Part shown: piece by piece, positions 59,325-64,000 of the stretch | Layout: each line of letters opens with the position of its first letter | Position numbering within the stretch: position 1 is the stretch's first letter | Assembly: GCA_964016885.1 (NCBI GenBank) | Contig: OZ024753.1 | Location: 36,890,001-36,954,000, forward strand | Length of the DNA: 64,000 nt | Direction of reading: 5' to 3' | DNA from: Eledone cirrhosa | Lineage: Eukaryota | Position numbers and translations under genes: made by a program | The notes under the pieces: generated by a model | Seen by the model: the letters and a program-made list of their open reading frames with translations, nothing else | Database searches by the model: none | What the model was told of the DNA's origin: nothing

Positions 59325-61535
59325 TATATATATATATATGCCTATATATATATATATATATTGAAAGGATAACAAGGACGATTGATTACTCCTTCATTGA
59401 ATTTATTGATAGGTGACACACGTTTCGCCACTGATCAGCTCACGGTTCGATCTATATCCATCCTACCCAACTCAATAATCGGCGGCTCGACGGACCCTTT
59501 TAAAATGCTATAAGAAAATGAAATACATGCTATATGTTAAAGTCAGAATTTCAAGAGTTTGATCCTTTTAAAATGCTATAAGAAAATGAAATACATGCTA
59601 TATGTTAAAGTCAGAATTTCAAGAGTTTGATCCTTTTAAAATGCTATAAGAAAATGAAATACATGCTATATGTTAAAGTCAGAATTTCAAGAGTTTGATC
59701 CTTTTAAAATGCTATAAGAAAATGAAATACATGCTATATGTTAAAGTCAGAATTTCAAGAGTTTGATCCTTTTAAAATGCTATAAGAAAATGAAATACAT
59801 GCTATATGTTAAAGTCAGAATTTCAAGAGTTTGATCCTTTTAAAATGCTATAAGAAAATGAAATACATGCTATATGTTAAAGTCAGAATTTCAAGAGTTT
59901 GATCCTTTTAAAATGCTATAAGAAAATGAAATACATGCTATATGTTAAAGTCAGAATTTCAAGAGTTTGATCCTTTTAAAATGCTATAAGAAAATGAAAT
60001 ACATGCTATATGTTAAAGTCAGAATTTCAAGAGTTTGATCCTTTTAAAATGCTATAAGAAAATGAAATACATGCTATATGTTAAAGTCAGAATTTCAAGA
60101 GTTTGATCCTTTTAAAATGCTATAAGAAAATGAAATACATGCTATATGTTAAAGTCAGAATTTCAAGAGTTTGATCCTTTTAAAATGCTATAAGAAAATG
60201 AAATACATGCTATATGGTAAAGTCAGAATTTCAAGAGTTTGATCCTTTTAAAATGCTATAAGAAAATGAAATACATGCTATATGGTAAAGTCAGAATTTC
60301 AAGAGTTTGATCCTTTTAAAATGCTATAAGAAAATGAAATACATGCTATATGTTAAAGTCAGAATTTCAAGAGTTTGATCCTTTTAAAATGCTATAAGAA
60401 AATGAAGGAGTAATTATTCGTCCTTGTTATCCTTTCAATATATTATACTCTGTATAGCTCTACACCTCATCACAGAAGTGAACCTAAACATCGAGTGCTC
60501 TCCCGGGTGAACCTGCAGTAACTCCAAGTTACACCCCCCTGGGTATGTATATATATATGCCTATATATATATACATAAAACCTATATATATATATATAAA
60601 ACCTGCCAGACAGTCCTATGCGAGCAAGACAATCACTCTTGCCTCAGGTGGGACTACCCCCGTCCAAACCCATGCAAGCGTGGAACACGGACGTTAAACG
60701 TTGATGATGATGATGATGATGATGATATGCCTATATATATATATATATATATGCCTATATATATATATATATATGCCTATATATATATATATGCCTATAT
60801 ATATATATATGCCTATATATAAATATGCCTATATATATAAATGCCTATATATATATATATGCCTATATATATATATATATGCCTATATATATATATATGC
60901 CTATATATATATATATATGCCTATATATATATATATATGCCTATATATATATATATGCCTATATATATATATATGCCTATATATATATATATATGCCTAT
61001 ATATATATATATATATGCCCCTATATATATATATATATATGCCTATATATATATATATATATATGCCTATATATATATATATATATGCCTATATATATAT
61101 ATATGCCTATATATATATATATGCCTATATATATATATGCCTATATATATATATGCCTATATATATATATGCCTATATATATAAATGCCTATATATATAT
61201 ATATGCCTATATATATATATATGCCTATATATATATATGCCTATATATATATATATGCCTATATATATATATATGCCTATATATATAAATGCCTATATAT
61301 ATATATATGCCTATATATATATATATGCCTATATATATATATATATGCCTATATATATATATATGCCTATATATATATATATATGCCTATATATATATAT
61401 AAATGCCTATATATATAAATGCCTATATATATAAATGCCTATATATATAAATGCCTATATATATAAATGCCTATATATATAAATGCCTATATATATATAT
61501 GCCTATATATATATATATGCCTATATATATATATA
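59000..61535. repeat. (TA)n-TGCC compound microsatellite, interrupted by insert ~59358-60725
   Basis: Direct inspection. Confidence 0.9.
59496..60405. repeat. 68-bp tandem repeat, ~13.4 near-identical copies
   Basis: CCTTTTAAAATGCTATAAGAAAATGAAATACATGCTATATGTTAAAGTCAGAATTTCAAGAGTTTGAT. Confidence 0.95.
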
Positions 61536-61788
61536 TACAGGGTGGGGGTGTCTACCACCGGAAGTGGCTGCTTTGTTCAAAGTTATACTAACGCCCTCTG
61601 AAATAACTGAAGTGATTACCAACCAAGTTAAGTGTACATTTCAGATTTGTCAGATAAACTATTCTGTTGACAAAATAACTAGACATGTATTTATTACATA
61701 GAATAGAGAGACAAACAGACAACCCAGCTCAAATATATGCAAAACTATTACTACACACACATATATATATATACACACACACATATAT

Positions 61789-61867
<79 letters not shown>

Positions 61868-61875
61868 TATGTATG

Positions 61876-61938
<63 letters not shown>

Positions 61939-61946
61939 GGATGTAT

Positions 61947-62019
<73 letters not shown>

Positions 62020-62061
62020 TATATGTATGTATATATATATATATGTATGTATATATATATA

Positions 62062-62496
62062 TGTACGGATAGTGGCTGCAAATTCACCCATTTACCTAGG
62101 ACAAAACGATCTATCCCCACAAACAGCCACCACCATAATACATACTCTAATTTAACACCAACACAACCACCAATAACTCAAACAAGGAATCCACAAATCT
62201 GCCGTTTTTCCCTGCGAGACAGATTGTGTTTAGACCGGGATTGTCCCTTTACCCATCTCCCGGGGACCCGTCGGATAAATGAAAATAAAATTAAAAATAA
62301 AAGCAAAAACAAAAACCATAACCTACATAAAAATAACCACTACCACAGTCACCAACAGTCTTCTAAACAGGAAACTTCTTCCTCTTTTTTAGCCATAATG
62401 AATCTGGCAAAAGAACTGGAAAAAAACATTCGAGCTATCACCCAGCACCACCCTCCACTATCACCCCACTGCACAAACTCCCATTGCTGCCATTAA
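62062..62496 (+). CDS. CR1-clade LINE ORF1 C-terminus with CCCH-type fingers (5'-truncated)
   Basis: [10 protein letters not shown] and [19 protein letters not shown] (C-x8-C-x4-C-x3-H) directly upstream of the APE ORF. Confidence 0.7.
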   Translation, partial: CTDSGCKFTHLPRTKRSIPTNSHHHNTYSNLTPTQPPITQTRNPQICRFSLRDRLCLDRDCPFTHLPGTRRINENKIKNKSKNKNHNLHKNNHYHSHQQSSKQETSSSFLAIMNLAKELEKNIRAITQHHPPLSPHCTNSHCCH

Positions 62497-64000
62497 CAAA
62501 CAAACAAATTAACAACACACCAAAACAATTAAAACCATCCACTCTCGCCTCTACATTTTTGCTTAACGCCCAAGGCATCAGCCCTTCCACCAATACTCAA
62601 AAATGGAAGATCAAATTCCTGGAGGACTGGATTGATGTCCATCCAAACCACATCCCTTTCTTCGTCCTCACTGAAACCCATCTCAGTAACCTCCACTTGG
62701 AAGCCGAGGTGAAAGTGAAAAATTTCAAAGCCATCCGTGCTGATCGCGCTGGCAGAAGAAAGGGCGGAACTGCCATTTATGTCCATAATTCTTTCTCAAC
62801 AGAGGCTATGAACATATTCACTAATGGATACTGTGAGGCAGTCACTGTATTCAGTCAAACCAACAACCTATTAGTAGTTGGGCTCTATAGGCCACCCCAA
62901 ACGCCTGTACCATGCTTCAAGGAATGCCTCAACAGCATAAAGTGTTTCATCCAAGAGTGTCACCCTGACAACATCTTAATGATGGGGGACTTCAACCTCC
63001 CCGGAGTTGACTGGTCCACAAACACCCTGCCACCAGGTTCTTCTGCCTCAACCTCTGACAGGGAAGCTGTGGAATCGCTTCTTGACTTCATGGATGATTT
63101 CTTCCTATCCCAACTAGTGCTCGAACCAACGAGGTGCCACAAAAACGTCCTAGACTTAATTTTCAGCAATCACACTGACAATATCCACAATATTGCAGTG
63201 GAGAAAACTCTACTCTCTGATCATGACATGGTTCTCTGTGATCTGAGATTCCACCGTCCAATATACAAACCCAATGTCATTTCTCCTGTCCATCCGTTTG
63301 ACGCTATGGATTTCCACAATGCAAACTGGGAAGCGATCAGTCATGATCTTGCACATGTCGACTGGTCCTTCACGCACACTCATACACCCACTAACATCAA
63401 AAAGTCCTGGCAGACATTTGTGGACACTGTTACAAACATATGTGCTAAACACACCCCATTAAGAACTATAAACAAATCTAAGAGCAGAATCCCTAGAAAT
63501 AGAAAAACACTCATCAGAAAAATTAAGAGAACGAACAAAAAAATCAACAAGCTGAAATACTGTCAGCAGCAACACATCAACTTGACTGCCATTTCATCAC
63601 TAGAGATTAAAAAACATAACCTCCAAAACAACATAATGTCCCTCATCAACAATCAGAGAAGAGCTGAAGAGGCCTGGGCCATTGAGAAGATCAAACTCAA
63701 TCCCAAAGTGTTCTTTTCATTTGCAAAAAAACACAAAATCACTGGCTCTACTGTTGGCCCTCTAATTGATGAAAATGGCACTCTTCAAGACAATGCTAAA
63801 ACCATGGGTGAGATACTGCAGAAACAATACTGCTCTGTTTTCAGCAATCCTGATATGGCCGATCTGGGCTGTATCGGCGATGTTACTCCCCATTACACCT
63901 TATCGGACATAACGTTTGGCGCCCCTGATGTCTTGGCGGCAATAAAGGAAATCAAGCATAATTCAGCAGTAGGTCCCGATAGGTTCCCTGCTTGTGTCTT
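62367..64000 (+). CDS. CR1-clade LINE ORF2 (APE endonuclease and linker), open to window end
   Basis: Hand translation: [64 protein letters not shown]; no stop. Absent from the ORF track because it runs off the edge. Confidence 0.92.

Noticed and set aside
59496-60405. CRISPR-like periodicity
   Set aside because: Units are identical tandem repeats without unique spacers; eukaryotic context.

Overview
This is a repeat-saturated eukaryotic window with no recognisable host gene. An octopod cephalopod origin is inferred from the extreme (TA)n density and the SINE/CR1/RTE repertoire. Nearly all ORFs in the supplied track are microsatellite artefacts. The real coding sequence is retrotransposon or transposon derived: a 5'-truncated R4/Dong-like RLE element inside a (TACA)n tract, an uninterrupted RTE RT ORF with three C-terminal C2H2 fingers, a decayed CR1, an uninterrupted CR1 ORF1-end/ORF2 running off the right edge, small RTE relics and a hATm-like transposase relic. 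The main signal is a dense population of short non-coding elements inserted in (TA)n that carry type-I hammerhead ribozyme (HHR) motifs. I read 11 HHRs with a canonical core, 3 with a compensatory U3-A8 core, and several decayed or half motifs, from about 10 sequence families. Most are built as inverted repeats with a one-sided tail, and several fold-back axes map onto the ribozyme helices. This is consistent with non-autonomous Penelope-like/retrozyme-type elements. All structures were folded by eye, and coordinates may be off by a few nt.
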